A stretch of 64,000 nucleotides of DNA. Origin: Planctomycetota bacterium (GTDB lineage Bacteria > Planctomycetota > UBA11346). Shown here piece after piece: positions 28,877-39,496 of this stretch (positions within the stretch are counted from its first letter, which is position 1; every line of letters begins with the position of its first letter). The position numbers and the translations under genes were made by a program. Below the pieces are notes generated by a model. It searched no databases and was not told the origin of the DNA. It saw only the letters and a program-made list of their open reading frames with translations. The stretch covers positions 1-64,000 of the forward strand of contig JBBRLJ010000004.1 of the NCBI GenBank assembly GCA_038231435.1, given 5' to 3'.

Positions 28877-30397
28877 ATGAGCGCACCGGGCACCGTGTAT
28901 CTCGTCGGCGCGGGTCCTGGGGATCCAGGGTTGCTGACCTGCCGCGCGCGCGACCTCATCCACGCGTGCGACTGCCTGGTCCACGACTACCTGGTCAATC
29001 CGCTGATCAGCGATCTCGCGCCACGCACCGCGGCACGACACGACGTCGGCAAGCGCGGCGGCGCCGAGTCCACCACCCAGTCCGAGATCAACGCCAAGCT
29101 GATCGCGCTGGCCGGCACACACCGCCGCGTGGTGCGCCTGAAGGGTGGGGATCCGTTCCTGTTCGGCCGCGGCGGCGAAGAGGCGGCCGCGCTCGCGGAC
29201 GCCGGCATCCCCTTCGAAGTGGTGCCCGGCGTCACCAGCGGCACCGGCGTACCCGCCTACGCCGGCATCCCGGTCACCCACCGCGCGGCATCCTCGGCCG
29301 TCGCTTTCGTCACCGGCCATCAGCAGGCTGGCAGCGCCGCACCCATGGATTGGGCGTCGTTCGCGCGCATCGAGACCCTGGTCCTGTACATGGGCATGCA
29401 CCGCCTCGCCGACAACTGCGCCTCGCTGATCAGTCATGGCCGCGCACCGGACACCCCCGCGTGCGCGATCCAGTGGGGCACGTATCCGCGCCAGCGTGTG
29501 GTCACCGGCACGCTCGCCACGTTGCCGGGGCTGGTGGCCGAGGCCAAGCTCGGGGCTCCGGCCATCACCGTGGTCGGCGACGTGGTGCGCTACCGCGAGA
29601 AGATCCGCTGGTTCGACCACCCGCTACGCCGGCCGCTCTTCGGCAAGCGCGTGCTGGTCACGCGCTCGCGCGACCAGGCCAGCGAGCTCGCGGCGCTGCT
29701 GCGCGTGCTCGGCGCAGATGTCATCGAGGCGCCGCTGCAACGCTTCGCCCCGCCGGCGGACCCGGCCGCGCTCGACCACGCGCTGTCGCATCTGGGGTCG
29801 TTCGCCTGGATCGCCTTCACCTCGGCCAACGCCGTGCGCTTCACCTGGGAACGCCTGAAGGCCTCCGGCGGAGATGCCCGTTCACTGGCCCCCTGCCGCA
29901 TCGCCGCGATCGGCGCGGCCACCGCGCACGCCCTAGACGCATGCGGGTTGAGGCCGGACCTGGTGCCTGGCAGAGCGGATTCCGCAGCGCTGGCCGAAGC
30001 CCTGATCGCCTCCAGCGCGCCAGCCGCCATCCTCCTGCCGCGCGCCGACAACGCGCGCGCCGCGCTCGCCGACCCGCTGACCGCGGCGGGATGGCGCGTG
30101 ACCGCGACAATCGCCTACCAGGCCATCGCCGAGCGCCCAGACCTCGATCTGGCCAGCGAACCGCTCGACGCCGTCACCTTCGCCTCATCGGCGACCGTCG
30201 ACCGCTTCATGCAGGCGTTTGGGGCCGATGGCGTCCGCGACCTGCTCGCCACCGGCTGCCGCTTCTATGCCATCGGACCGGTGACCGCCACCACCATGGC
30301 TGGACACGGCATCGCGCTGGCGGCGGTGGCGGAGGAGGCGTCGGTGGGCGGACTGGCCGACATCGTCGCGAGGGATCTCGTGCGCGCGCGGCCGTGA
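28877..30397 (+). CDS. cobA: Fused uroporphyrinogen-III C-methyltransferase / uroporphyrinogen-III synthase (CobA-HemD)
   Basis: [31 protein letters not shown], then [30 protein letters not shown]. Confidence 0.95.
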   Translation: MSAPGTVYLVGAGPGDPGLLTCRARDLIHACDCLVHDYLVNPLISDLAPRTAARHDVGKRGGAESTTQSEINAKLIALAGTHRRVVRLKGGDPFLFGRGGEEAAALADAGIPFEVVPGVTSGTGVPAYAGIPVTHRAASSAVAFVTGHQQAGSAAPMDWASFARIETLVLYMGMHRLADNCASLISHGRAPDTPACAIQWGTYPRQRVVTGTLATLPGLVAEAKLGAPAITVVGDVVRYREKIRWFDHPLRRPLFGKRVLVTRSRDQASELAALLRVLGADVIEAPLQRFAPPADPAALDHALSHLGSFAWIAFTSANAVRFTWERLKASGGDARSLAPCRIAAIGAATAHALDACGLRPDLVPGRADSAALAEALIASSAPAAILLPRADNARAALADPLTAAGWRVTATIAYQAIAERPDLDLASEPLDAVTFASSATVDRFMQAFGADGVRDLLATGCRFYAIGPVTATTMAGHGIALAAVAEEASVGGLADIVARDLVRARP

Positions 30398-30410
30398 CCC
30401 GCGAACGCGG

Positions 30411-31856
30411 TCATGGATCCTCGGTATAGTCCGCGATGTGCGCCGCCAATGGCTTGGCGTCGAGACGTTCGAACTTGCTGAAGGTCGCGGCTCCCCACAG
30501 GCGAGGCGAGGCGTCGACATCGTAGGGCCCGGATACGCCGACCATCTCCGCCTCCGCGTCCGTCTCGCGAAACGCGAACACGTAGAGGATCTGGCGGTGG
30601 TCGTCGGCGACGAGCGGGTGCTTGGCCAGCAGGCGCATCGAGAATGGGGCGGCGCCGAGCTCGGTCGGGAATTCCAGCCACGAGGCGAGCGCTGCCTCTG
30701 CGAGCGCGTCCTGAGTCAGCCAGCGGGCGGGGAACAGGTCGAGGCGGTGATCGCGATCGAGGGCCTGATACAGCGTGGCGCGGGCGCTGGGCTGCTTCGC
30801 CAAGCGCTCCCATACGTCCGCCTCCGGGGGACTCCCGAGATGGGCCAGGGCGACAGCCGCCCACGCCTTCATACTGTCGGGCATGGTCGCCAGCGCATCG
30901 CGCAGCAGCGGTTCCGATCCCTGGACGTGTCCGAGCAGATCGAGCAAGACCTCGAGCTCCGCACATGCATCGGCGCGGGCTTCTACGCGTTTCTCGGCCT
31001 CGGCCTTCGAAGCGTTCAGCGACTGATCGTCGGCTTGCCCGACGTTCGCGGCGACGGCCTGGACGTCGGATCCAGGGTATTGACGTCTCACGACCCCGAA
31101 GGCGGCGATCGCATCCATCATGCTCCGGGTCCGCGCACGGCAGGTGGCGATGAAGCGCTCATTGCCGGCGACCGACCAGGCGCCCTTCTCAACGCCCGCG
31201 AGGATGACCGCATAGACCGGCGACGGATGCTCGAGCACCTCGACCATATCCAGGAGTCCGGGCATCAAGGCACCATCGCGGGCAGTGTCTGCCGGAATGA
31301 ACACCCACCCAAGGTCCAGGCTCCGGCTCGTAGGACGCCGCAGAAGATCGATGAACGCATGCAGTGCGCGCTCGGAATGGATCTCGACCAGCACCCGCAA
31401 TGCTGCCTCGCACGCATCGCGCTTGCCCGCCAACCGATCGTAACCGGCGACGATCGGGTCGATGTAGCGCTCGTCGGGGATCCGCCAGAGAGGATGGATG
31501 AGCTCGTAGGCGACGGATTCCGCGCCGGTGTCTGCGGTATAATCCGCTCCCGCCGCAGCCACCAGCGCCAGCCCCTGGTCGATGTCGATGTCGGCATCAT
31601 CGATCCACGACAAGGCCTCGGCGCGGCGCTGGATATCGGTACCCGCCACCAACGGCATCGCTTCGGCGAATGATCGTGGTTCGCGCGTCCCGCCCCCGGC
31701 GCTTATGACGACGGCAGGATCGTCGGCGACTCCGTCAGCAGCCTCGGCGCCATGCGCACCCGAGCCGGTCGACACCGTGATCACCATCGCCATCGACATC
31801 GCCATCGACATCGACATCGGAATGCCCACGGACGCGACGAAGCCGGTCATGCGCAC
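30411..31856 (-). CDS. Hypothetical exported helical-repeat (HEAT-like) protein
   Basis: Long ORF with signal-like N-terminus and helical repeats, ending WLEFPTELG..P...YVFAFR...GVSGPY...TFS. Start uncertain. Confidence 0.65.
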   Translation of the reverse strand: MRMTGFVASVGIPMSMSMAMSMAMVITVSTGSGAHGAEAADGVADDPAVVISAGGGTREPRSFAEAMPLVAGTDIQRRAEALSWIDDADIDIDQGLALVAAAGADYTADTGAESVAYELIHPLWRIPDERYIDPIVAGYDRLAGKRDACEAALRVLVEIHSERALHAFIDLLRRPTSRSLDLGWVFIPADTARDGALMPGLLDMVEVLEHPSPVYAVILAGVEKGAWSVAGNERFIATCRARTRSMMDAIAAFGVVRRQYPGSDVQAVAANVGQADDQSLNASKAEAEKRVEARADACAELEVLLDLLGHVQGSEPLLRDALATMPDSMKAWAAVALAHLGSPPEADVWERLAKQPSARATLYQALDRDHRLDLFPARWLTQDALAEAALASWLEFPTELGAAPFSMRLLAKHPLVADDHRQILYVFAFRETDAEAEMVGVSGPYDVDASPRLWGAATFSKFERLDAKPLAAHIADYTEDP

Positions 31857-32152
31857 TCGGCGTCTTCCTCATCCATGACGAACCAGTCGTCCCCACCATC
31901 GCGTCGCTCGGGACCACGCCTCCGCTCCATCCGTCCGAGCTCGTCGAGATGGTCGAGCAGATTCGCGATGTCCGGTTCGGCCGCGATCTCGTCCGCGTGC
32001 GCGAGCAGGATCTCCCACATCAGCTCGCAGTCGATGCGCCGCTGCGCGAAGGCCTCGACCAGTAGCGACGCCCAACTGCGTCCACGCGGGAAATGCACGA
32101 TGAAGTGCCCCGCGATGTCCTGATCGGCGATGGACGCTGCAGCTGACGTCAT
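31847..32152 (-). CDS. Hypothetical protein
   Basis: 101-aa ORF filling the gap between two co-oriented genes and overlapping the next start. Confidence 0.5.
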   Translation of the reverse strand: MTSAAASIADQDIAGHFIVHFPRGRSWASLLVEAFAQRRIDCELMWEILLAHADEIAAEPDIANLLDHLDELGRMERRRGPERRDGGDDWFVMDEEDAECA

Positions 32153-32215
32153 GCCGCCATCCTAACGCTCGAGATCCAACCGGCCAGGGCCTGCCGCTCC
32201 GGGACGCCGCCCATT

Positions 32216-33973
32216 CTACTGGAGTGCGTTCGTCGCCTTGCGGATCATGGTCGTGCCCTTCTGGTCCCCCATCTCCTCCTTGAGCGAGGCGGCACGTTCG
32301 AACGCAGTCTTCGCCGCCTCGTTGTCGCCGAGATTGGCCTGGGCATTGCCCACGCCGACCAGCGCGAGCGCGATACCGCGCTTGTCGCCGCGGGACTCGT
32401 ACCAGGCCAGCGCGCGCTGGTAGTGCGCGAGCGCCTCGGCGGATTTGCCGTGCATGTGCAGCTCGCACGAGCCCATCTGGCGCAACGTGCGCGCCACCTG
32501 CTCGGCGTTCGCGACCTCCTCGAAGGATTCGAGCGCATAGGAGTACGCCTCGTGCGCCAGCGCGTGATCGCCGCGCTTGCCGTGGATCAGCGCCAGGTTG
32601 TAGGACCGGCTGGCGAGATCGGCGGCGGGGATGCCGCGGCTGCGGCAGATCGCCAGGGAGCGCTCGAAGTGGTCGGCGGCGTCGTTCCAGGATTCGCGCT
32701 CGACCGCCAGGCCGGCGAGATCGTCGAGCGCGCGCACCAGGCCCTCCTGATCGCCGAGCTCCTCGAGCAGTTCGGCGCGGCGGCTCAGGCAGGCGCGGGT
32801 CTTGTCGAGATCCTTGCGCGCGTGGTGCAGGCTCGCGAGCTCGTCGAGGATCTGCGCCTGGCCCTTGGCGTCGCCGGCCTTCTCGCGCAGCGACATCACG
32901 GCGGTCAGGCAGTCGAGCTCGGCTTGGTCGTCGCGACGCTTGCGATGCAGCTCGAGCGCGGCGAACAGCACCCGCTCGTGCAGCACGCGGTTGTCGATCC
33001 CCGCGCACATCGCCAGCGCGCGCTTGAGCGACTCCAACGCGTCGGGCTCCCGGCCGAGGTTGAGCTGCATCAAGTGCATATTGGCGAGCGCCTGGATCTC
33101 GGCCTGGCGCTCCGAGGAGGCCTGGCAGAGCGGAATACACTTGATGAACTGGTCGAGGGCCTGCTGCCAGTCGCCGCGTTCAGCGTAGACGGTGCCGATG
33201 TTGCCGAGGGTGTGGGCGATCATCGCCTGGTCGTTGCGCAGCTGGTGGATCTCGAGGGCGCGGCGGTGCAGCACCAGCGCCTGGTCGAAGGCGCCGCGGC
33301 CGCGCTCGAGCTCGGCAAAGCGCGAGATCAGCTTCGCGGCGCCCTTGAGGTTGCCGAGCTCCTGCTTGCCGGCGATCGACAGGTCGAACTCAGCGGTGGC
33401 GCGATCGAACTGCTTCAGCGCGTGGTGGCACTCGCCCATGGTCTCGTGCGCGTGGGCGATCTCGAGGCTCTTGTTGAAGCGCGCGAGGATCGGCAGCGCC
33501 TCCTGCAGCCTGACCAGCGCCTCGGCGTGGTTGCCCTTGTCCATGTGCACGCCGGCGAGGATCATCAGGGTGCGCGCGACGTGGGTCTGGTCGCCGCCAT
33601 CCTTGTTGGTGGCGAGCGAGCGGTCGATGATCGCGATCGCCTCGTCGAAGCGCCGCTGGGCCTTGAAGGCCAGGCCGGCGAGGACGCCCGCATAGGCCAT
33701 CGCCTGCTTCTCGCCGAGCTCCTTGTAGATGGCGATCGCCTGCTCGTAGTCGGGTACCGCGGCCGCGTGGTCGTCGAGCCGCTGGTGCAGCTTACCGAGC
33801 TCGATCAGGCATTCGGCGCGCTGCTTCGAGCGCAAGGCCTGGGCCCAGCAGTCGGCGGCGGTGCGCAGGTGGGGGATGGCCTCGGCCACCGCGGGGCCGA
33901 ACTTGCCTTCCATGATCATGTGCGCGAGCCGGTAGCTCTCCATGGCCTTGTCGACGATCGCCTGGTCGCTCAT
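32216..33973 (-). CDS. Tetratricopeptide-repeat protein (all-TPR, cytoplasmic)
   Basis: AGGAG RBS. Recurring TPR units (A.TLGNIG.VY..RGD...AL, YEQAIAIYKELG). Confidence 0.9.
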   Translation of the reverse strand: MSDQAIVDKAMESYRLAHMIMEGKFGPAVAEAIPHLRTAADCWAQALRSKQRAECLIELGKLHQRLDDHAAAVPDYEQAIAIYKELGEKQAMAYAGVLAGLAFKAQRRFDEAIAIIDRSLATNKDGGDQTHVARTLMILAGVHMDKGNHAEALVRLQEALPILARFNKSLEIAHAHETMGECHHALKQFDRATAEFDLSIAGKQELGNLKGAAKLISRFAELERGRGAFDQALVLHRRALEIHQLRNDQAMIAHTLGNIGTVYAERGDWQQALDQFIKCIPLCQASSERQAEIQALANMHLMQLNLGREPDALESLKRALAMCAGIDNRVLHERVLFAALELHRKRRDDQAELDCLTAVMSLREKAGDAKGQAQILDELASLHHARKDLDKTRACLSRRAELLEELGDQEGLVRALDDLAGLAVERESWNDAADHFERSLAICRSRGIPAADLASRSYNLALIHGKRGDHALAHEAYSYALESFEEVANAEQVARTLRQMGSCELHMHGKSAEALAHYQRALAWYESRGDKRGIALALVGVGNAQANLGDNEAAKTAFERAASLKEEMGDQKGTTMIRKATNALQ

Positions 33974-34081
33974 GAGCTGCTCCTGGCCGGCATCCGGCCG
34001 GGCCCCGAGTATGAGGGCAGCCTGGGCCGCGTGCCAGGGATCGCTACACCCTCCACAACGCCCGGTGTGCTACGCCCGGGA

Positions 34082-34450
34082 CTAGCGATGGACGTTGCAG
34101 AAGCCGTAGTTGCCGGCGACGGCGGCGTTGGGGCAGGTCCCGCGCGCGCGCTTGGCCTTGCAGCGGTTGGTGACCCTGCCACCGGAGCCGCCCCGCCGGG
34201 CGTTTCGCGGCGGCAGCGCGCCCATCATGCGGCGGTAGCCGTCGGTCAGACGCGCCGCCGCCTTGAAGGCAGCACTCTCGGTGCGATGCCAGGCGAGGCG
34301 GAAATGGTTCCAGCGCACGCGCGGGTAGCGCTTCTTCAGGTAGCCGCGCACCGAGGCCTGGCCGCGCTTGCGAGCGGTGCCCTTGCCGACGCGCACGATG
34401 TGGCCGTCGCGCAGCAGGCGGAAGGTGAAGAAATGGTTGATGCTCGTCAT
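34082..34450 (-). CDS. Small basic protein: degenerate GIY-YIG-like domain plus C-terminal CCCH zinc finger
   Basis: GGAGG RBS. FTFRLLRDG.IVRVGKGT...TESAAF..AARL...LPPRN..RGGSG, then C-x8-C-x11-C-x2-H. Confidence 0.6.
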   Translation of the reverse strand: MTSINHFFTFRLLRDGHIVRVGKGTARKRGQASVRGYLKKRYPRVRWNHFRLAWHRTESAAFKAAARLTDGYRRMMGALPPRNARRGGSGGRVTNRCKAKRARGTCPNAAVAGNYGFCNVHR

Positions 34451-34654
34451 GGGCGGCCTCCGGATCACCGGCCACTCTAGCGTCAGCGCGCGCGCGTCGG
34501 CAAGGGGAAGTGGTCCGGCCGCGCCGATCTGTCGCACATCCTGCCCGCTCTGCTGCGCTGGCATGCAGGGGCGTCGACCCGGTCACTTTCTCATTCAGCA
34601 GGAAGCTGCCCACCTACACCCACACTGCTCGATGATGGGCCTCATCCGTCTGCG

Positions 34655-35464
34655 TCACGGCAGCTGACGCCATTCCCCGTCGCGCTTGCGGTAGCGGGTG
34701 ACGGCAGTGACGGCGAAGCGCGAGCCATCCCACGCTCGTACCGAGATCGCCAACGTGTCGCCATCGATGGCGATGGCGTTGTAGGCGTTGGGTTCGCCGC
34801 GGCGGCGGCGCGAGATCGCCGTGCCCGCCTGAGCGACCAGGATAGAGCGCTTCATCGCGGTGTAATGGGTCTTGGTGTCGCCGGTGTACCCGACGTGCAT
34901 GTGCCCCGCCAGCAGCAGGTCGACGCTGCATGATTCGAGCTGGGCGAGCGCCTGGTCGGCGCGACCGACCATGTCTTCGAGTTTGGCGCCCGCGGGCGGG
35001 ATGAACTGGTGGTGCGTCACCACCACCTTGAACAGCTCAGTGGCGAGCGGACTCATGGCCGCGCGGATCCCCGCGATCTGCTCGCGCGAGATGCGACCCC
35101 CCTTCCAGGTCAGCGAGCGGGCGGTGGTGATGCCCAGAACTGCCAACTCGGCATCGACGCGCAGCGGCTGCAGGTCATCGGTGATCCACGCGCGGTACCG
35201 CCGCAGCGGGCGCGCGAAGCGGCGGAACACATCGTAGAACGGCACGTCGTGGTTTCCCGGCACCACCACCTGCGGGTACGGGATGCGCGCCAGGTACTCG
35301 CGCGCGGCCATGAACTCGGAGACCTTCGCGCGCTGGGTGAGGTCGCCGCTGACCACCACCAGCGATGGTTCCAACGCCGCCAGATCGGCGAGCAGGCCCT
35401 CGGCGACGGCTGGATCCTCGGTGCCGAAATGCAAGTCCGACAGATGGGCGATGAGCCTGGCCAT
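34655..35464 (-). CDS. Metallophosphoesterase (CpdA/Icc-like)
   Basis: SDLHFG, SGDLT, PGNHD, THH, AGHMH. Confidence 0.92.
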   Translation of the reverse strand: MARLIAHLSDLHFGTEDPAVAEGLLADLAALEPSLVVVSGDLTQRAKVSEFMAAREYLARIPYPQVVVPGNHDVPFYDVFRRFARPLRRYRAWITDDLQPLRVDAELAVLGITTARSLTWKGGRISREQIAGIRAAMSPLATELFKVVVTHHQFIPPAGAKLEDMVGRADQALAQLESCSVDLLLAGHMHVGYTGDTKTHYTAMKRSILVAQAGTAISRRRRGEPNAYNAIAIDGDTLAISVRAWDGSRFAVTAVTRYRKRDGEWRQLP

Positions 35465-35468
35465 ACGC

Positions 35469-36413
35469 TCAGCCCGCCTTCGCCGGGGCTACCGCATGAG
35501 GCTTGGCCGCTGTGTCCACCGGAACCAGTACGCGCAGCGCGTTCGGCAGGATGCGGTAGCGCAAGGGCGAACGCAGACGCACCACCTCGCCGTCGAGCCC
35601 GACGGCGATGCTGCCGCCACGCACCTTCAGGGTCGCCTCCGAGAGCGGGAACGCATGCAGCCGCTTGTCCTCGTGGGCGCGCTGGAAAAGCGCGAACATC
35701 AGGAATCGGAACAGGCCGCTGGGGCCACGCCAGGATGGGAAGTACATCCACATGCGCCCCGAGTCGAGTCGCGCGCGCGTGCCCATGGGCACCGCCTGGA
35801 ATGAGTATTCGTTGTTGCCGACGAACACGAACGGCACCAGCCGGCGGAAACGCCGGCCGGCTGCCTCGATACGCACGCGCATCAGCGGCATGCGCCTCAA
35901 TGCGCGCCAGGCCGCGATGCCCATGGCCATGAACTTGCGGCGGCCGAGCTTGCGGCGCTGCCGGTCACGGTCCTGGACCATCCTCGGATACAAGCCGATC
36001 GAGGAGTTGTTGATGAAGAAGCGCCCGTTCACCGTGACCACATCGATCGCCAGCGTGCGTCCGCCCATGATCGCGGCGACGGCGGCATCGATGTCGGACG
36101 GCACGCCGAGGTCCTTCGAGAAGTGATTGAGGGTTCCGAGCGGCAGCACTCCGAGCGACGCGTCCCGTCCGATCAAGGCCTGGGCCACGGCGCTGACCGT
36201 GCCATCTCCGCCCGCCGCCACGACGATTCCGGCACCAGCGTCCACCGCCGCCGACGCGGATTCGCTGAGCGCTGCGCCGTCGACCACGCGGATCTCGACG
36301 GTGGCATCGAGCCGCGCGAACGCCTGCGCCACCGCAGCGCGCGAGGCTTCGACGCCAGCGGTCGCATGCGTGCCAGCGCCCGCATTCATCAGCACCACGA
36401 TCGAATTCGACAT
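35469..36413 (-). CDS. Diacylglycerol/lipid kinase family protein
   Basis: NAGAG, AAGGDGT, LPLGTLNHF, FINNSSIG, LDGE. Confidence 0.92.
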   Translation of the reverse strand: MSNSIVVLMNAGAGTHATAGVEASRAAVAQAFARLDATVEIRVVDGAALSESASAAVDAGAGIVVAAGGDGTVSAVAQALIGRDASLGVLPLGTLNHFSKDLGVPSDIDAAVAAIMGGRTLAIDVVTVNGRFFINNSSIGLYPRMVQDRDRQRRKLGRRKFMAMGIAAWRALRRMPLMRVRIEAAGRRFRRLVPFVFVGNNEYSFQAVPMGTRARLDSGRMWMYFPSWRGPSGLFRFLMFALFQRAHEDKRLHAFPLSEATLKVRGGSIAVGLDGEVVRLRSPLRYRILPNALRVLVPVDTAAKPHAVAPAKAG

Positions 36414-36514
36414 CGCCCGCCCGACCTGAGACTAGTGGGCCAGCGGCGCACGGCAGCCGGAAGTGGCCCTGGGATTCGACAACGATACCTGGCGATGGTC
36501 GCGATTGGACGCCT

Positions 36515-37528
36515 TCAACGCCAGTCGATGATCACGCCAGTCCAGGTATCCTTGTCGTACTGCAGCCCGTGGTACGCCTCGGGGGCCTGCTCGGGCTTGA
36601 TCACGTGGCTGGCCAATTCCCGCACCTTCAGCTTCTTGGCCGCGATCAGCTCGAAGCAGGTCTGGTAGGCCCAGGAAACGGTCTGCTTCGCGCCGCGCAC
36701 CTCGGAGGCCGGGAAGCGCCACATGTGCGCGCCGCGCACCACCAGTCCATTGGTGTGGATAGTGCGCATGGTTGGCGTGAGATCGGCGTTGAAGCTGGCG
36801 CGTGGAGAACCCAGTAGCACCACCTGGCCGAACAGGGCCGTCGCCTCGACGGCGGTCGCGACCACGGCCGAGTGGCCCGCCGCATCGACGGTGACCGCGG
36901 CGCCAGCGCCGCCGGTCAATGCCTTGACCGCCTCAACCTGCTTGCCGGGCGCCACGTCGACGACGGTCGAGATGCCGATCTTGCGCGCCAGATCGCAGCG
37001 GCTCTTCACCGGATCGATGCCGATGACGCGTGCTCCACGCAACTGGTAGAACTGCGCGGCCAGGTTGCCGACCACGCCGAGCCCGAACACCGCCACGGTG
37101 TCGCCGAGCGAGAGCTCGGTGATGTTCGGCGCGGTCATGGCGATCTCGGCCATGCACACGAACGCCGCCTCGATCGGATCGAGATCCTTCGGCGCCCGGT
37201 ACAGCCGCCCCCATTGATGATCCTGCCCGTGCATGAAACGCTGCACCAGCGCGTGCCTGCCGGCGTAGAAGGCGCGATCGCCGATCTGGAAATCCTTCAC
37301 TCCAGCGCCGGCGGCCAGCACGGTGCCGATCGATCCGTAGCCGGTGCCGGCCGGATAGGTCGTGGTGCCTTCGATGGAATGCAGCGCAGCCAGCTCGGTG
37401 CCCGCGCTGATGATCGTCGCCTCGTTGCGCATCACGACTTCCATCGGGGCAAGGCTGCCGGTGTCAACCTCGTGCGAGGCGAGGGCGACCTTGCCTTTTT
37501 CAGGGAATACGACGTAGGTGGATTTCAT
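36515..37528 (-). CDS. MDR-family (zinc-binding alcohol dehydrogenase-like) oxidoreductase
   Basis: ISAGTE, GYGSIG.V...G.GV..F.IGDR, GLGVVG Rossmann motif. Confidence 0.88.
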   Translation of the reverse strand: MKSTYVVFPEKGKVALASHEVDTGSLAPMEVVMRNEATIISAGTELAALHSIEGTTTYPAGTGYGSIGTVLAAGAGVKDFQIGDRAFYAGRHALVQRFMHGQDHQWGRLYRAPKDLDPIEAAFVCMAEIAMTAPNITELSLGDTVAVFGLGVVGNLAAQFYQLRGARVIGIDPVKSRCDLARKIGISTVVDVAPGKQVEAVKALTGGAGAAVTVDAAGHSAVVATAVEATALFGQVVLLGSPRASFNADLTPTMRTIHTNGLVVRGAHMWRFPASEVRGAKQTVSWAYQTCFELIAAKKLKVRELASHVIKPEQAPEAYHGLQYDKDTWTGVIIDWR

Positions 37529-37651
37529 GGTGCCTCGTAGCTATGGCCGGAGTCGCGGTTCAGAATGATGTGTCGACGAGTGCGCGACAGCACTGGAGAC
37601 CACTCGTGACAATGGACGTCGTTGGACGTCGTTTGGATGGAGCGGCCTGCC

Positions 37652-38065
37652 CTACTGCTGGGCCGGGCGGCTCCTGAGCGTCGCGATCTGCGCCTGCAGA
37701 TCGCCCCAATGGTTCTTCTCCAGCCAGGTATCGATGGCCGTGTCGCTCATGCCCGAGGTCTTCAGCTGGTCCCGGGTCGCGGCGACCTCGGTCTGCAGCG
37801 CGGCGTAGGAATCCAGCGAGGCGCGCAGCACCTCCGGATCGGCCGAGTCCATCGCCAGCAACTGCCTCGCGGCGTTCCACTGCGTTTCGATCTTGAGCGC
37901 GGTCGAGGCCTTGGCCTTGAAATCGAGCTGCATTTGGATGCCGTCGACGATGCCGACTCCTTGGGCTGGCGGCGGCGTCTCCGGCTTGGCGTCGCCGCCG
38001 CGGCAGGTGACGAACAACAGCACCGCCGCGATGACGGCGACAGCAGCGATGATGATGGGCTTCAT
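37652..38065 (-). CDS. Hypothetical exported protein / possible lipoprotein
   Basis: MKPIIIAAVAVIAAVLLFVTC signal. Starts immediately after the upstream stop. Confidence 0.65.
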   Translation of the reverse strand: MKPIIIAAVAVIAAVLLFVTCRGGDAKPETPPPAQGVGIVDGIQMQLDFKAKASTALKIETQWNAARQLLAMDSADPEVLRASLDSYAALQTEVAATRDQLKTSGMSDTAIDTWLEKNHWGDLQAQIATLRSRPAQQ

Positions 38066-38066
38066 G

Positions 38067-38852
38067 TCAGTATCCCGCATCGGCGAGCTGGCGCCGGAGT
38101 TCGGTCACAGCGGTGGGGAGTTCAGCGGCGAGATCCTTCCAGCCGCATTCGAAGGACAGGCGATGGTCGTAGCCGACGCTACGCAGGGCCGACAGGAACG
38201 GCCGAAAATCGTCGCCGGCGACGCCGGGAGCGCTGCGCGTCTCGCGTTCGGCGATGTGCACGTGCTTGAGAAGCGCGCCGTGGGTCGTGATCGCCTCGGG
38301 CTTCTCGTCATTGCGCAGCATGTGGTAGATGTCGGCGAGCAGCCGCACCCGCGCGTGCCCGGCCTGGCGCACCGCCTCGGCGCCCTCGCCAAGGGTGTTG
38401 ATGAAATTGCACTCGCCGCGGTTCAGGGGCTCGACCACGATGGTCACGCCGTGGCGCTGAGCGATCGGGCCGAGCTCCTTGAGCAAGGACACGAACTGCG
38501 AGAAGGCACGCGCCTGCGTCACCCCCTCGGGAACCTGGCGGGCACCGCCGCTGCCGAAGACGATGGTGTCGATGCCCGCCGCGTGGGCGCGCGCGAAGGC
38601 GTGGTCCGCGTAGGCGAGGATGCGCTGCGTATCGACCGCCTCGCCGACGCATTTCAAGGTGCCGGGCAGGAAGCAGTTGGCGGCTGATACCGGCTTGCAG
38701 GCCCTGGCGACCCGCGCGAGCCGTTCCCGGTACTCGGTCTCTGGAGCTTCGGGAGCGAGGAAGTTCTGCACGTGCTCCTCGAGATAGTCGATGGGCGATG
38801 CCGCGAGCAGCTCCTGGGCCGACAGCGCGCTGGCGCACAAACCGATGAGCAT
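38067..38852 (-). CDS. Sugar phosphate isomerase/epimerase (xylose-isomerase-like TIM barrel)
   Basis: GAGGAGG RBS, VFGSGGAR, VEPLN..ECN, LADIYHM, HVHIAE, SFEC. Confidence 0.9.
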   Translation of the reverse strand: MLIGLCASALSAQELLAASPIDYLEEHVQNFLAPEAPETEYRERLARVARACKPVSAANCFLPGTLKCVGEAVDTQRILAYADHAFARAHAAGIDTIVFGSGGARQVPEGVTQARAFSQFVSLLKELGPIAQRHGVTIVVEPLNRGECNFINTLGEGAEAVRQAGHARVRLLADIYHMLRNDEKPEAITTHGALLKHVHIAERETRSAPGVAGDDFRPFLSALRSVGYDHRLSFECGWKDLAAELPTAVTELRRQLADAGY

Positions 38853-39005
38853 GAGCAGCCTCCTCGCGGAGCATCGCGCGTGGGATGGCCGTGACAATGT
38901 CCCCCCGCGTACGGAGGCAATGCGGGTCAGGTTTGGTCCCGCCCGGATGTGGACCTGGATACAATGGGCGACAGTCCGAAAGATCTGATCCGACAGGAGG
39001 AAGCC

Positions 39006-39353
39006 ATGAAGACCATCGAACGCAAGGAGCTGCAGGACATGCTCGAGGACAACGAGGTGTTCACCCTCATCGACGTGCTGCCCGAGGAAGAGTTCAACAA
39101 GGCCCACATTCCCGGATCGCTGAGCATACCCTTCACGGATAGCGACAGCGGTTTCTCCGAGGAAGTGCTGAAGCACGTCGACGACAAGGACGAGAAGCTG
39201 GTGGTCTATTGCGCCAAGCGCGAATGCTCGTTGTCGCGCAAGGCCGCCCAAGCGCTCGACGAGGCGGGTTTCCGCGGCGTCCTCGCCTACGAGGACGGCA
39301 TGGCCGATTGGACGACCGCAGGGATGCCGACCGAGAGCGGCGTGCACGCTTGA
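39006..39353 (+). CDS. Rhodanese-like domain protein
   Basis: AGGAGG RBS, LIDVL, HIPGS, VVYCA..EC..S, Y.DGMADW. Confidence 0.9.
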   Translation: MKTIERKELQDMLEDNEVFTLIDVLPEEEFNKAHIPGSLSIPFTDSDSGFSEEVLKHVDDKDEKLVVYCAKRECSLSRKAAQALDEAGFRGVLAYEDGMADWTTAGMPTESGVHA

Positions 39354-39496
39354 GTCGAGTGCATCACTCGAAGCAGGGAATGCACCCGCTGCGAATTCGT
39401 GGTCGGTGATGCGCTAGGACGCCCGGGAGATCCTTGGTCTTTGACCCAGGAGCTCCCGGGTTAGGCTGCTGGCAGTATGGACGCGGAACCACGTAT

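Noticed and set aside
32216..33973. TPR protein as an anti-phage (CHAT/Avs-type) component
   Set aside because: No protease, NTPase or nuclease domain in it, and no recognisable defence genes beside it.
32423..34480. 685-aa plus-strand ORF
   Set aside because: Antisense shadow of the TPR gene.
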